The notes under the pieces: generated by a model
Database searches by the model: none
The model's input: the letters and a program-made list of their open reading frames with translations, nothing else
Told to the model about the DNA's origin: nothing
Shown here: piece after piece, positions 1-10,789 of the stretch
Position numbering within the stretch: position 1 is the first letter of the stretch
Layout: every line of letters starts with the position of its first letter
DNA from: Leptospira sp.
GTDB lineage: Bacteria; Spirochaetota; Leptospiria; Leptospirales; Leptospiraceae
NCBI GenBank assembly: GCA_034439575.1
Contig: JAWXAQ010000007.1
Span: forward strand, 224,001 to 288,000
Direction of reading: 5' to 3'
DNA length: 64,000 nucleotides
Program-made: the position numbers and the translations under genes

Positions 1-779
1 ATCGCAATTTCAGCTAATACATTTTCTTTTTCACCCTCAAAATGCAAAACTTTATGCAAGGGGTGCTTTGATTCTGTCAGATATTCTACAAAAGAGACGA
101 TCCCACCTTCGAATTTAAATTCGTGTTTCGGAATATCTTCTTTTCTGTGATCTTCAATACGAATTAACAAACCTTTGTTTAGGAATGCTATTTCTCTAAA
201 TCGCGAAGTTAATGTTTCGAAAATATATTCTGTCGTTGTGAAAATGGAACTATCTGGTAAAAATCGAACTGTTGTTCCGTGACGATCGGTATGACCGATT
301 ACTTTTACATCTTCAACGGGAATGCCTGTTAGATATTTTTGGTAATGGATTTTTCCTGATTGGTGAACCTCAACCTCTAACCAAGTTGAAAGCGCATTAA
401 CAACTGATACACCCACACCATGTAAACCACCAGAAACCTTGTAAGCATCATTTTCAAATTTTCCACCTGCGTGCAAAATGGTTAATACAACTTCTATTGT
501 TGATTTTCCTTTGTCTGGATGTATGCCAGTCGGGATACCACGCCCATTATCTTTAACTTCGATTATATTACCGGGTAAAATTTTAACATCTATTTCAGAA
601 CACTGGCCGGCCATAGCCTCGTCCACTGAGTTGTCAACTACCTCATAAACCATTTTATGGAGGCCCGTTTCGTCTTGTGTACCTATGTACATTCCTGGGC
701 GTTTTCTAACGGCTTCTAGGCCCTCTAGAATCTTGATTTTTGAGGCTGAGTAGGTATCTTGAGAAGGGTCGTTTGTCAT
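1..779 (-). CDS. gyrB: DNA gyrase subunit B (N-terminal part; runs off the window)
   Basis: Hand translation from ATG at 779: [33 protein letters not shown]...EVVDNSVDE; also GLHGVGVS; sits downstream of recF. Confidence 0.97.
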   Translation of the reverse strand, partial: MTNDPSQDTYSASKIKILEGLEAVRKRPGMYIGTQDETGLHKMVYEVVDNSVDEAMAGQCSEIDVKILPGNIIEVKDNGRGIPTGIHPDKGKSTIEVVLTILHAGGKFENDAYKVSGGLHGVGVSVVNALSTWLEVEVHQSGKIHYQKYLTGIPVEDVKVIGHTDRHGTTVRFLPDSSIFTTTEYIFETLTSRFREIAFLNKGLLIRIEDHRKEDIPKHEFKFEGGIVSFVEYLTESKHPLHKVLHFEGEKENVLAEIA

Positions 780-858
780 GAAAAATTCTAGTATCCTAAA
801 TGAACTATCCTATAGGAACCCCTCTAGGGCAAGTGAAAACAACTGAATTAAGCCTACC

Positions 859-1179
859 TTAGCGTTTTAGATTAGGAGAATTTCCAGTTTTAAAAATAAT
901 TTTTATTATTGGTAATGGCAATTTTTTTAATGAAATTTTCTTGAGAATTTCGGCTTTTGCAAAATCCAATTCTTGAGTCACAATTGCATGTTTACATAGT
1001 ACAAACAACTTTCCATCTAGTAGACTGTTTGGTTGTGACCCGTCAGCTAAAACGTCTCCAACAATTTCTTTCCAATCCCGTTTCAATATTTTAATTGTTT
1101 GATCATTGAAAATTTCTTCTTTGTTAATGCCCAATTTTTCTAAACTTTGAAATAAATCCTGTATTTCTAGTTTTTTCAT
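859..1179 (-). CDS. dciA: DUF721/DciA-family helicase loader
   Basis: 106 aa between recF and gyrB; WKEIVGDVLA and QEL motifs typical of DUF721. Confidence 0.8.
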   Translation of the reverse strand: MKKLEIQDLFQSLEKLGINKEEIFNDQTIKILKRDWKEIVGDVLADGSQPNSLLDGKLFVLCKHAIVTQELDFAKAEILKKISLKKLPLPIIKIIFKTGNSPNLKR

Positions 1180-2279
1180 AAATCTTCTATTCTTTTGACA
1201 ATTCCATTCTCAATTGAAAAAATTTCTTTATCTATTTCTTTAGAACCTATATATTCTTTTATTCCTTCAAGATCAGTAGTTGTAAAAAATGCTTGTCCAC
1301 ATTCTGAAATCAAATTTACAAAATATTCACGTCTTTTAACATCTAACTCTCGTATGATGTCATCAATCAATAGAACAGGTGCTTCTCCTGTTTGTTCTTT
1401 GATCATCTGAAAACAGGCAGTCTTTAATGCTATTACAGCACTTCTTTTTTGTCCTTGTGAACCAAAATTACTTAAATCTCTATCTTCAAATCCGATAGGT
1501 ATTTCATCTCTATGATTACCACAACTTGTATAACCAATAGCTATATCCTTTTTTATATTTCTTTGCAAGCGAGATCTATGATCTTCTGCACTGATCACAT
1601 TTGGTTTGTAAGAAATGTGAAATGAATCTTTTCCTTGACTTAATAAATTTAAATTTTTGTGGAAATAAATTGATAAGTCCTGAATCGTCTTTTCGCGTTG
1701 TAGACGAATTATTTCTTCTCTTTCAATTAAAGGTTCGTTCCAAATTTCAATTTCACTAGTATTTGTGTATTCTTTCTTTAAGGCTGAATTTCGTTGCTTT
1801 AAAATATGGTTATATTCAATAAGTTGATTTAAATAATTTTTGTTAGTTGAAGAAATAAATGCATCTAAAAATTTTCTTCTTTCTATGTTTCCTGATTCTA
1901 TTATTTTTATATCAGGAGGACTTAATATAACGGATTTAAAATAACCGACAGAGTCTGTAATTTTTTTAAACAATTGCCCATTAATCTTAACTTTTTTACG
2001 TTTGATACCTTCGTTTTGAATTCCATATTCAAATGTAAAATCTTCACCCTTTGCCTCAAATTCTGCCTTTACAAATGTAAAGGGAGAATCCCATTTTAAT
2101 AACTGATTCTCATCTGATTCTCTGAAACTTTTTAGAAAGGAAAGAATAGATATTGATTCAAGTAAATTAGTCTTACCTTCGCCATTGTTTCCAATGAAAA
2201 AGATAAGACGTGATTTAAAATCGAGAGTAGTATTGGAATGGTTTCTAAAATTAGTAAGCGTTATACGCCGCAAATACAT
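1176..2279 (-). CDS. recF: DNA replication/repair protein RecF
   Basis: NFRN, Walker A GNNGEGKTN, GSQGQKRS, LLIDD, ELD; downstream of dnaN. Confidence 0.97.
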   Translation of the reverse strand: MYLRRITLTNFRNHSNTTLDFKSRLIFFIGNNGEGKTNLLESISILSFLKSFRESDENQLLKWDSPFTFVKAEFEAKGEDFTFEYGIQNEGIKRKKVKINGQLFKKITDSVGYFKSVILSPPDIKIIESGNIERRKFLDAFISSTNKNYLNQLIEYNHILKQRNSALKKEYTNTSEIEIWNEPLIEREEIIRLQREKTIQDLSIYFHKNLNLLSQGKDSFHISYKPNVISAEDHRSRLQRNIKKDIAIGYTSCGNHRDEIPIGFEDRDLSNFGSQGQKRSAVIALKTACFQMIKEQTGEAPVLLIDDIIRELDVKRREYFVNLISECGQAFFTTTDLEGIKEYIGSKEIDKEIFSIENGIVKRIEDL

Positions 2280-3397
2280 TATAATTTCATCGGCATAATG
2301 ACAGAAACGAAATCACTATCAGATGGATCCTTAAATAGAACAGGAGCACTAGAGGAAGAAAATTCTAATATTACTTCTGGATCATCTATTACTTTCACAA
2401 CATCGCTAAGATAGTCACCTTTAAAAGCAATGGCAATAGGTTCACCAGAATATTCTATACTCATATTATGATCAAACATCATGGTGCCAGGATTTGACGA
2501 ACTAATGTTTACATTGTTAGTCGTAAAATTTAATCGAATTTGTTTTGAAGGTTCTTCAGCTGAAATTAAGGCTTGTTTTAAAAATGTTAAAAAATCTGCT
2601 TTAATGATTCTTACAGATTGAGATGCTTGTTTAGGAATTACTTGTTCGTAATCAGGAAAGTTACCATCGATTAATTTAAATAATAATTCTATATTACCAC
2701 TAGAAACATATATCTGTTCGTCGACGAATCCTATCTTTGCCGTCTCTTTTCCTTCCATCATTTTTAGCATCTCACGAACAGCTTTATGTGGAATGATCAC
2801 TCCATTTTTAAATGGAAATTGTTTCGGAAATTTTCTAACAATCTTTGATAATCTTCGTCCATCAGTTCCAACAACAATTAAATCTGTTTCATCTGGTTTT
2901 AAAAATAATCCATTAAATACAAATCGAGTCTCTTCAATCGCCATAGCATATGAAGTTTTGCGAAACATTTCTCTAATTGTTTGGCAAGGAAATTCTACAA
3001 TATTTTTATCATCAACTAATGGTATAGTTTTCACATCTTCCGAATCCACACCATTCACTTTGAATTTTGTATCCATTTTTCCCGTTGCATCAGTGATCAG
3101 CGTTTCCGATGAATCATTGTTATCGCTTGTAGCCAAACTAGTAGTATCGAAATTTAAATTTTTGAATATACTAGATAATTGTTTTGCTGGAAGACTAGCT
3201 GAGCCTTTCTGTCCTACAACTGAGTTAACAGATGTTTTAATAGCGATTTCTAGATCAGTTGCAGATAAAAATACAGTATTTTCTATCGCCTGTAATTTTA
3301 AATTAGATAAGGCTGATTTTATCTCTCTAACAGATATTACTCCTTCGACTGAATTGATTGCCTTTAAAAATTCTGTAGTATTGACAGTGAATTTCAT
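2279..3397 (-). CDS. dnaN: DNA polymerase III beta clamp
   Basis: ATDLE, GTDGRRL, LIDGNFPDY, C-terminal VIMPMKL. Confidence 0.98.
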   Translation of the reverse strand: MKFTVNTTEFLKAINSVEGVISVREIKSALSNLKLQAIENTVFLSATDLEIAIKTSVNSVVGQKGSASLPAKQLSSIFKNLNFDTTSLATSDNNDSSETLITDATGKMDTKFKVNGVDSEDVKTIPLVDDKNIVEFPCQTIREMFRKTSYAMAIEETRFVFNGLFLKPDETDLIVVGTDGRRLSKIVRKFPKQFPFKNGVIIPHKAVREMLKMMEGKETAKIGFVDEQIYVSSGNIELLFKLIDGNFPDYEQVIPKQASQSVRIIKADFLTFLKQALISAEEPSKQIRLNFTTNNVNISSSNPGTMMFDHNMSIEYSGEPIAIAFKGDYLSDVVKVIDDPEVILEFSSSSAPVLFKDPSDSDFVSVIMPMKL

Positions 3398-3641
3398 TTT
3401 CTTCCTCTTTAAGTATTTATATTTATATAAATATATATTATGTCGTCTTCGTTGATAATGTCAATATGTCGATAAAGCCACAATAGTTCAATTTTTATTG
3501 AATTATGTCTTATAAAATCATCCAAATTTCTGTTCATATTTATGTCGCTTAATCTTGCAAAACTGAGACTTTTGAAAGAAATTTCCTTCTTATGTCCTAT
3601 ACACAATTTTCTGACAGTTTGTCTACAGGGTTATGAACAGC
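3398..3641. other. Putative chromosomal replication origin (oriC)
   Basis: dnaA-dnaN intergenic region; A/T-only run 3414-3441 (DUE-like); DnaA-box-like 9-mers TTATCGACA (minus, 3467-3475), CTATACACA (3597-3605), TTATGAACA (3631-3639); repeated TTATGTC. Confidence 0.75.
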
Positions 3642-4967
3642 TTATTGGAAGCTAATTTTGTTTTTAAGACTTTGGTATAAATCCATTAAACCCTGATCGG
3701 TGGTCATTTTAGTTTGGATTTTATTGATCCCGTGTATTACAGTCGTATGTTGGGCATTAAAAATTCTTCCAATTTGTGCTTTTGGCAATCCTAACACTTC
3801 ATGCAAAAGTGACATACAAAGGTGTCTTGGCATAATAAAATCAGCTTTTCGACTTTTGCCTAATAGGTCTTTTCTTGCAATATTCATTCTTTCACATAAC
3901 AGATCGATCATTTGGTCTGGATTATTTCCAATTCGTTTTTTGTTGATCTGCAATCTAGCATTAGCAATTTCTTTAATTTTATCATCTGGAAGTAAAAATA
4001 TATCGTATGCTTTTTTATATAGTATTAAGTCATTCATAATCCCGAGCAAAGCTCTGGAATCCCCACCAGAGTGATTTCCTAACCATTCTAAAACTGTTTC
4101 TGATAAAGGAACATCGTATAACTTTGAGTATTGTCTAAACATTCCAATTCTCAAATTGATATCATGTTCTTTTATATCGGCTCGTAAGCCGTGCACAAAT
4201 CTAGATTTCAATCTATCATGTAATGGAAGTTCATCGCTAGGGCGATCTGAAGCGATCACAATTTGCCTTTTACGTTCATAAAGGAAATTGAATACAGAAA
4301 AAAATTCTTCCTGTGTTTTTTCGGCGCCACTATTCAAAAATTGAATATCATCAAATAACAAGACATTATACGATTGATAACGCATCTTAAATGATTCTAA
4401 ACTATCCCTATTATTTTGTCTGACTGTAAAAATAAATTCATTTAGAAAAGATATGCTATTTACATAGCGAATTGTTTTCCAAGGATCCTTCTTTTTGATT
4501 TCATTGCCGATAGCATGCAATAAATGAGTCTTACCGACTCCAACTGGGCCAAAAATATATAGAGGATTGTATTTTCCAGGATTTTCGACAATGCTCATAC
4601 CTGCAGTATAGGCTAATTTATTGCTTTCTGAGATAAAATAATTTTGAAACGTGTAATCGGAATTCAATTCAACTTCACTTTGATCAAAACGGTTTTCTAT
4701 TATTTCTTTGATTTTGTGAGCAGAATCTTCTTTATCGGTAACTAAGATGAGTTTGTATGAATCACCTTTAATCTGATAGGCGGCTGATTCTAAAAAACTA
4801 GCATATTTTGCTTCAACATGTGTTTTTATAGTGTTCGAAGGAGCAGAAACGATCATTTCTTTACCTTCAAATTTTATAAATTTTAGTGGAGCGATGAATG
4901 TTTTATAGTAGGAAGGTTGTACGAGTTTCGAAACTTCTTCTAATATTTCTTCCCAAGTCAATTCCAA
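3642..4967 (-). CDS. dnaA: Chromosomal replication initiator DnaA
   Basis: YNPLYIFGPVGVGKTHL, DDIQFL, TQEEFF, RLKSRF, HTTVIH. Confidence 0.98.
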   Translation of the reverse strand: MELTWEEILEEVSKLVQPSYYKTFIAPLKFIKFEGKEMIVSAPSNTIKTHVEAKYASFLESAAYQIKGDSYKLILVTDKEDSAHKIKEIIENRFDQSEVELNSDYTFQNYFISESNKLAYTAGMSIVENPGKYNPLYIFGPVGVGKTHLLHAIGNEIKKKDPWKTIRYVNSISFLNEFIFTVRQNNRDSLESFKMRYQSYNVLLFDDIQFLNSGAEKTQEEFFSVFNFLYERKRQIVIASDRPSDELPLHDRLKSRFVHGLRADIKEHDINLRIGMFRQYSKLYDVPLSETVLEWLGNHSGGDSRALLGIMNDLILYKKAYDIFLLPDDKIKEIANARLQINKKRIGNNPDQMIDLLCERMNIARKDLLGKSRKADFIMPRHLCMSLLHEVLGLPKAQIGRIFNAQHTTVIHGINKIQTKMTTDQGLMDLYQSLKNKISFQ

Positions 4968-5116
4968 TGTAATTCCACCTTTTGATGAGCCGGTACTATA
5001 CTTCTATTCAGTAGGTAGAATTCAAATGAAAATTCAAATACCCGAACTCTTTATCGAAATTCTGAGATTGGCATAAGAAAATTATGTCACATAACGGTTT
5101 TGAAAAATAGCTTCGC

Positions 5117-6058
5117 CTAACGAGGTGAATTGCTAAGTCGTAAAAATAATTGGGAAAGTAAAAAATATTCAAGTGCAGGTATACTGTAATGCAATTTTGA
5201 TTTAAAATCCAGAATTGCTCTCACCTTCAGAAGGTTAGTTTCAAAATTTTGTTTTCTGTATTCATACAAAAGTAACAACGATATCAATTCTAAAAAATCA
5301 ATGTTTCCTATTTTTTCTCTATTTGACTTTTTATCTGTCATTTGATCGCGAATCCAATTCTCTAATTTTAATAATAGAATGGCATCATGGCAATTATCTT
5401 TAACAACTGTATGCCATTCTTCAATCAATTCATCTGGTATTTCAAATGGATTCAGCGATCCGCCGTAGTATTCTTTAAATATTTTTACACTGTCTTTTTG
5501 AATATTTCGAACCATATCTTGTGAAAGGAATTGGAAAGGAATACATACAGATCTAGAAACTATTGTTTTTTTTAATTTGTTAATATCGTTTACGATTAAA
5601 ATAAACTTTGTATGATTAGGTGGTTCTTCTAAGGTCTTTAGCAGTGTTGTCTCTGCTTCATTATTGATTCGTTGTGCTTCCGGAAACATAACAATTCGTT
5701 TTTTAGAAATATGTGGCTTGTAGACAATTCGTTGGCCAAGTAACCAACGAATTGTAAAATCCTCAGGATCTTTATCCTTCCCGATTGCTATATTTTTATT
5801 TTTTGGGAATTGGATATAGTCGGGATGTTCGCCTCGCATAAATAGGCGGCATGATTCACAGTTTCCACAAGAACTTTCATGTATGCAAAGGAGATGACGA
5901 GAAAATCTTTCTGCAGCAAACCATTTGCCGACACCATCGGGACCATGAAAAATTAATACACCAGGAATTTTGTCCTGATTTGCGATGAATGATTTTAAGT
6001 AAGTTAAGGCAACTTCCTGGCCTTTGATTTCATCAATTTGAAAAAAATCATCTGCCAT
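5117..6058 (-). CDS. holB: DNA polymerase III delta' subunit
   Basis: Degenerate Walker A GPDGVGKW, Zn module C...CGNCESC, HPD, LLKTLEEPP, TIVSRS. Confidence 0.88.
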   Translation of the reverse strand: MADDFFQIDEIKGQEVALTYLKSFIANQDKIPGVLIFHGPDGVGKWFAAERFSRHLLCIHESSCGNCESCRLFMRGEHPDYIQFPKNKNIAIGKDKDPEDFTIRWLLGQRIVYKPHISKKRIVMFPEAQRINNEAETTLLKTLEEPPNHTKFILIVNDINKLKKTIVSRSVCIPFQFLSQDMVRNIQKDSVKIFKEYYGGSLNPFEIPDELIEEWHTVVKDNCHDAILLLKLENWIRDQMTDKKSNREKIGNIDFLELISLLLLYEYRKQNFETNLLKVRAILDFKSKLHYSIPALEYFLLSQLFLRLSNSPR

Positions 6059-6067
6059 TAAATTTGA

Positions 6068-6991
6068 TCAATAAACAGGTGTTAACCAGTTTTTGTATAA
6101 ATCGTCTTCGCCACGTACAATGCTAAAAAACAAGGATTGCAATTGTTTAGTAATTGGACCTTTTTGACCATTACCAATGACACGATGGTCAATGGTTTTG
6201 ACCCATGCTACTTGAACTCCAGTTCCTGTGAAAAAAACTTCATCGGCGATATATAGTTCAGAACGTGAAATATCTCGTTCCACTATTTTTATCTTTTGGT
6301 CATTTGCTAGTTTAAGAATCGTTCTACGAGTAATTCCTTCTAAAAGAGAAGAACCGAGACTGGGCGTAAATAAGACTCCATTCCTAACTATAAAAATATT
6401 TTCTGCAGATCCTTCCGAAACAAATCCCCGAGCATCTAAGAAAATTGCTTCATCCATTCCATTTTGTACAGCCTCTGATTTTGCTAAGGCAGAGTTTACA
6501 TACCCACCGCTAACTTTTGCTAAAGTAGGGATTTGATTATCCGAAAATCTTTGCCATGATGAAACCATTGTAGATAAACCATTTTGCGTATCTAAATAAT
6601 CATCTAACTGTATTACATATATTGCAATGTCAGTGGCAACGTCATGAAACCTGGGTGACAATTGAAGTGCTGAAGTATATATCATAGGTCTGATATAAAT
6701 ATTTTGTTTATAATTGCATTTTTGAATTAAATCAACAGTTAAACTCACTAATTGTTCAGGAGTTTTTTTGAAATTCAACTGCATGATTTTTGATGAGTTA
6801 ACTAACCTATAGTAATGATCAAACAATCGAAAGATAAATAAATTCTTTTTAGCAGGATTATAGTAACCACGAATTCCACCGAAGACTGATGTTCCATATT
6901 GGAAGGCATGAGTTTGGATGCTAATTTTTGCATCCTCGGCAGGAATAATTTTTCCTTCAAAAAAGCAGAGATCTTTAGTTTTAGTAGTCAT
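6068..6991 (-). CDS. ilvE: Branched-chain amino acid aminotransferase (class IV PLP)
   Basis: YGTSVFGGIR, AKVSGGY, SEGSAENIF, LEGITR, DEVFFTGT. Confidence 0.93.
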   Translation of the reverse strand: MTTKTKDLCFFEGKIIPAEDAKISIQTHAFQYGTSVFGGIRGYYNPAKKNLFIFRLFDHYYRLVNSSKIMQLNFKKTPEQLVSLTVDLIQKCNYKQNIYIRPMIYTSALQLSPRFHDVATDIAIYVIQLDDYLDTQNGLSTMVSSWQRFSDNQIPTLAKVSGGYVNSALAKSEAVQNGMDEAIFLDARGFVSEGSAENIFIVRNGVLFTPSLGSSLLEGITRRTILKLANDQKIKIVERDISRSELYIADEVFFTGTGVQVAWVKTIDHRVIGNGQKGPITKQLQSLFFSIVRGEDDLYKNWLTPVY

Positions 6992-7140
6992 TGGAAATCC
7001 TAAGCTACAGAGTTTTTTAAGATTGTATTTTAGAAAATGAATTTTATCTTTTTTTCTCTCGAAGGTTTCCCTTATAAATTTGAGATCGTTCTTACAGGTA
7101 AGATTTTTTAGAACTTGTAAGGTTTGTTAGAAGACATAAT

Positions 7141-9015
7141 ATGAATTCCCCATTTTATCCAGATCATTTTGATTGTATTGTTGTTGGTGCTGGTCATGCA
7201 GGATCTGAGGCAGCTTTTATTACAGCATCGGGTGGATTAAAAACATTACTCATTACTATGAACTTGGATACCATAGGGCAGATGAGTTGCAATCCAGCTA
7301 TTGGCGGAATTGCAAAAGGGCATATGGTTCGAGAAGTGGATGCATTAGGTGGATTAATGGGAAGGACCATTGATGCAACTGGTATCCAATTTAAAATGCT
7401 AAACACATCAAAGGGTCCATCGGTATGGGCGCCACGTGCACAGGCAGAAAAAAAACAATACCAGCTTACCATCAAACATGAACTTGAAAAAATTAAAAAC
7501 TTATCAATAAGACAAGATACTGTTGAAGACTTGGTTGTCGAAGGAAACCAAATCGTTGGGCTTATTACAGGACGAGGATTTGAATTTAAAACAAATCACA
7601 TAGTGCTAACGACGGGAACTTTTCTTTCGAGTGTGATTCATATTGGAACATACCAAAAAGAATCTGGTCGAATTGGTGAACCGACGACTAAAGGTTTATC
7701 AACAACTCTTGCTCGCTTTCAATTTCGATTGAGTAGATTAAAAACTGGAACACCTGCTCGTGTTCATAAAAATTCAATTAACATTCCCATCTTAGAAGAA
7801 CAACACGGCGATGAAAATCCCAAACCATTTTCTTTTGCAACTAAGAAGATCTATCGTAGACAAATTCCATGTTACATCACATATACAAATGAAAATACAC
7901 ATACATACATTCGGGAGAATCTAGAATTCTCTCCAATGTATTCTGGACAAATTAAAAGTACGGGTCCAAGGTATTGCCCATCTATTGAAGACAAAGTGGT
8001 TCGTTTTGCGGAGCGCGAACGTCATCAAATTTTTATCGAACCAGAAGGTTATGATACAAACGAAATGTATTTGAATGGAGTCTCTACAAGTTTGCCTGAA
8101 GAAGTTCAATGGAAATTTTTAAGAACCATTCGTGGATTAGAAGAAGTAGAATTAATGCGACCTGGTTATGCCATTGAGTATGACTATGTTGATCCAACCG
8201 AATTAAAACCCACATTAGAAACAAAGAAGATCAAAGGTCTTTTCCATGCCGGTCAAATCAATGGAACAACTGGTTATGAAGAAGCCGCCGCGCAAGGTTT
8301 AGTTGCTGCATACAATGTAATTCGTTCTTTTAAAAAAGAGGATCCAATTCTATTTCCAAGAAGTGAATCTTATATTGGAGTGCTTGTTGATGATTTAGTT
8401 CATAAAGGCGTCGAAGATCCGTATCGCATGTTTACAAGTCGCGCCGAGTATCGATTATTATTAAGACAAGACAATGCGGACCAAAGACTGATGAAGTATG
8501 GTTATGAGATGGGACTTGTGAAAAAAGAAGTCTTTGAAGATATGTTAGCTCGTTACCAACATATTAACAATCTGAAAACAAAACTTTTTACTTTGTCAAT
8601 GAAACCATCGGAAGAACTTACCTCACTCTTGGAAAATAGAGGAATTCAAAATTATAAATTTGGTCACACAGTTTCATCTTTTTTAAAACGACCCGAAATT
8701 AAAATCTCCGATTGTGAAATGCTTCTTCCTGAATTAAAAAATCTATCTGATGAAGACAAAGCAGTTCTCGAAATGGAAATTAAATATGAAGGATATTTAA
8801 AACGAGAATTGGACACGATAGAGTATCGAAAAAAATTCCTGAGCCTATCTATTCCGGAAGATTTTAATTATAGTAAAGTGAAAGGATTGAAGACAGAGGC
8901 AGTTGTTAAATTAGAAAAACACAGACCTATGAATTTAGAAATGGCTGGCCATATTTCTGGTGTGGATCCATCAGATGTTGATCTTTTACTTTATCATCTT
9001 GTAGATAAAAGATAA
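7141..9015 (+). CDS. mnmG: tRNA uridine 5-carboxymethylaminomethyl modification enzyme MnmG (GidA)
   Basis: [55 protein letters not shown]. Confidence 0.98.
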   Translation: MNSPFYPDHFDCIVVGAGHAGSEAAFITASGGLKTLLITMNLDTIGQMSCNPAIGGIAKGHMVREVDALGGLMGRTIDATGIQFKMLNTSKGPSVWAPRAQAEKKQYQLTIKHELEKIKNLSIRQDTVEDLVVEGNQIVGLITGRGFEFKTNHIVLTTGTFLSSVIHIGTYQKESGRIGEPTTKGLSTTLARFQFRLSRLKTGTPARVHKNSINIPILEEQHGDENPKPFSFATKKIYRRQIPCYITYTNENTHTYIRENLEFSPMYSGQIKSTGPRYCPSIEDKVVRFAERERHQIFIEPEGYDTNEMYLNGVSTSLPEEVQWKFLRTIRGLEEVELMRPGYAIEYDYVDPTELKPTLETKKIKGLFHAGQINGTTGYEEAAAQGLVAAYNVIRSFKKEDPILFPRSESYIGVLVDDLVHKGVEDPYRMFTSRAEYRLLLRQDNADQRLMKYGYEMGLVKKEVFEDMLARYQHINNLKTKLFTLSMKPSEELTSLLENRGIQNYKFGHTVSSFLKRPEIKISDCEMLLPELKNLSDEDKAVLEMEIKYEGYLKRELDTIEYRKKFLSLSIPEDFNYSKVKGLKTEAVVKLEKHRPMNLEMAGHISGVDPSDVDLLLYHLVDKR

Positions 9016-9090
9016 ACCAAATTTGATCTAAATTTGTTTAAAATATTTTTTTTAATTAATAACATATTCAAAGAGCTTATATTTTAATTC

Positions 9091-9936
9091 TTACTTCTGT
9101 TTAGACTTAAGGATGATGATGGGAACTTCTGGAGGACAATTGAATCGTATTGGAAGTATGGACCAACCAATTCCACTAGATATAAAAACATCTTCGCCAA
9201 ATTTATTTTTACGAAATCCTTTATCTAGGTTTCTACTCTTGATAGGTAAGATAGGGGAATAATCAAAGAAGGGAATTCTTACTTGTCCTCCATGTGTGTG
9301 CCCCGCTAAGAACAAATTGATTTTTGTATTATGATTTGTTTGTGTTGCATCTGGATTATGAGTGATCACTAATTTGAAATTTTTAAGTGGTGAATAAGCG
9401 ATTGATTTATCTATATCAACTTCATCTTCCCAGAAATCTCCAGTCCCTGCAATCGTTATCTCTGATTTTCCTTTCTTTAGTATCTTGTGCTGATTGCGAA
9501 GGGATCGCTTTGAATCATTTAGTAATGATAAAGAAAGTTTATGATTGGCCCAGTGATCATGATTTCCATTTACAAATAAGACATCATGCTTTGCTTTCAA
9601 AGTTAAAAGCAAAGGCCAAACTTTTTTCAGCTCCTCATCCGTTTTTCTTTTTTTAACATAATCACCTAGACCAACAATTAAGTCAGGAGACGTATCGTTT
9701 GTTTTTTGAATCACCCACTTGATCCATATTTCAGGATCTAAAGAACCTAAGTGAAGATCAGAAATAATAGCGATTCGATAACCATCAAATTCTTTTGGTA
9801 ACGATTCTGATTCATAAACATATTCAGGAAAGGTGACAAAGTATCTTTCCCAAACAAAGGAGTATATACCTATTGCAAGACTTGTGATGAAAAGATATTT
9901 GAAATATCTTTTGTATGCTTTGGGTTTATCTTTCAA
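9091..9936 (-). CDS. Metallophosphoesterase (YkuE-like) with N-terminal membrane anchor
   Basis: SDLH, GD, GNHD, HNPD, GHTHGGQ, RFNCPPE; TTG start uncertain. Confidence 0.88.
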   Translation of the reverse strand: MKDKPKAYKRYFKYLFITSLAIGIYSFVWERYFVTFPEYVYESESLPKEFDGYRIAIISDLHLGSLDPEIWIKWVIQKTNDTSPDLIVGLGDYVKKRKTDEELKKVWPLLLTLKAKHDVLFVNGNHDHWANHKLSLSLLNDSKRSLRNQHKILKKGKSEITIAGTGDFWEDEVDIDKSIAYSPLKNFKLVITHNPDATQTNHNTKINLFLAGHTHGGQVRIPFFDYSPILPIKSRNLDKGFRKNKFGEDVFISSGIGWSILPIRFNCPPEVPIIILKSKQK

Positions 9937-9973
9937 ATTTTAATTTATTCTTTTGCCTCATCCAAACCTTTTG

Positions 9974-10732
9974 TTAATCCTTTTTTGAAACTTTGTTTTT
10001 TAATGTTTCATCATAGATCAAAGTATGTGTGCGATCAATCATCCAAGTATCACCTTGTTTCACGTGAAACGTAAATGATTCTAGTGTGCCGTCAGTTTTA
10101 TATTTTAGTTTATGAACACGCTTGGTTTCTCCTTGAAAGAATTCCCTTTCGGCAAGGTGACCCTTCGCATCATACTTAAAATGAATTTCTCCAAGACTTC
10201 TTTTTTTATCATCAAGCAAAGATTGAATTTGGACATTTGGTCTTTTCGAATCTATAGAAAATTTAAAAGACTCTAAATCATTTGATTCTGCATTTTTTCC
10301 CTCACCGGCAATCACAGAGCCATCTTTATCCACAGTGAGATTGTATTGAATTTGAACTTTACCAGTTTCATCTTTTGTGACAAGACGCTTGAGAAGATTT
10401 ACTTTGTAAAAGAATTCCTTCTTCTCAACTAAATTGTTTTGAGGACCGTAAACTTCTTCAGCGATGACCATCCCGTCTTTATAAACGTAAATAGTTTTAC
10501 CATCAGGCTTACCTTCTTTGTTGGTATAGGTTTCTTGTAGCAGATGACCATTTTCATCGTATGTAAATTCTGATACATAAATGACCGTACCTTCCGTATT
10601 GCGGATGATTTCTTTTGATGGTCCTTTCTCAACTTTATAAAGAATCAATTGGTCTTTGTATGACCATTTGCCTGGAGTATAAGACAAAAGTGGAAGTGAA
10701 ACAAAAAGTATAAAAATGAAAATGAAACGCAT
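9974..10732 (-). CDS. Exported hypothetical protein with YD/MORN-like beta repeats
   Basis: Signal peptide; recurring (F/Y)xYD..G.L units; AGGAG RBS. Confidence 0.7.
   Translation of the reverse strand: MRFIFIFILFVSLPLLSYTPGKWSYKDQLILYKVEKGPSKEIIRNTEGTVIYVSEFTYDENGHLLQETYTNKEGKPDGKTIYVYKDGMVIAEEVYGPQNNLVEKKEFFYKVNLLKRLVTKDETGKVQIQYNLTVDKDGSVIAGEGKNAESNDLESFKFSIDSKRPNVQIQSLLDDKKRSLGEIHFKYDAKGHLAEREFFQGETKRVHKLKYKTDGTLESFTFHVKQGDTWMIDRTHTLIYDETLKNKVSKKD
10056..10071. promoter_or_regulatory. parS site (15/16 match)
   Basis: TGTTTCACGTGAAACG versus consensus TGTTTCACGTGAAACA; about 1.5 kb from parA. Confidence 0.85.
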
Positions 10733-10789
10733 ATAAAAGTATTCTCCTATTTATTGCATCGACTATTCTCAGAAATTAAGTAAGGAATT

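Noticed and set aside
2793-3455. 220-aa plus-strand ORF
   Set aside because: Antisense shadow of dnaN with no recognisable motifs; the same applies to other short ORFs opposite dnaA, ilvE, mnmG, acs, hppA and others
3409-3606. 65-aa ORF between dnaA and dnaN
   Set aside because: Spans the putative oriC; low-complexity AT-derived sequence and no RBS
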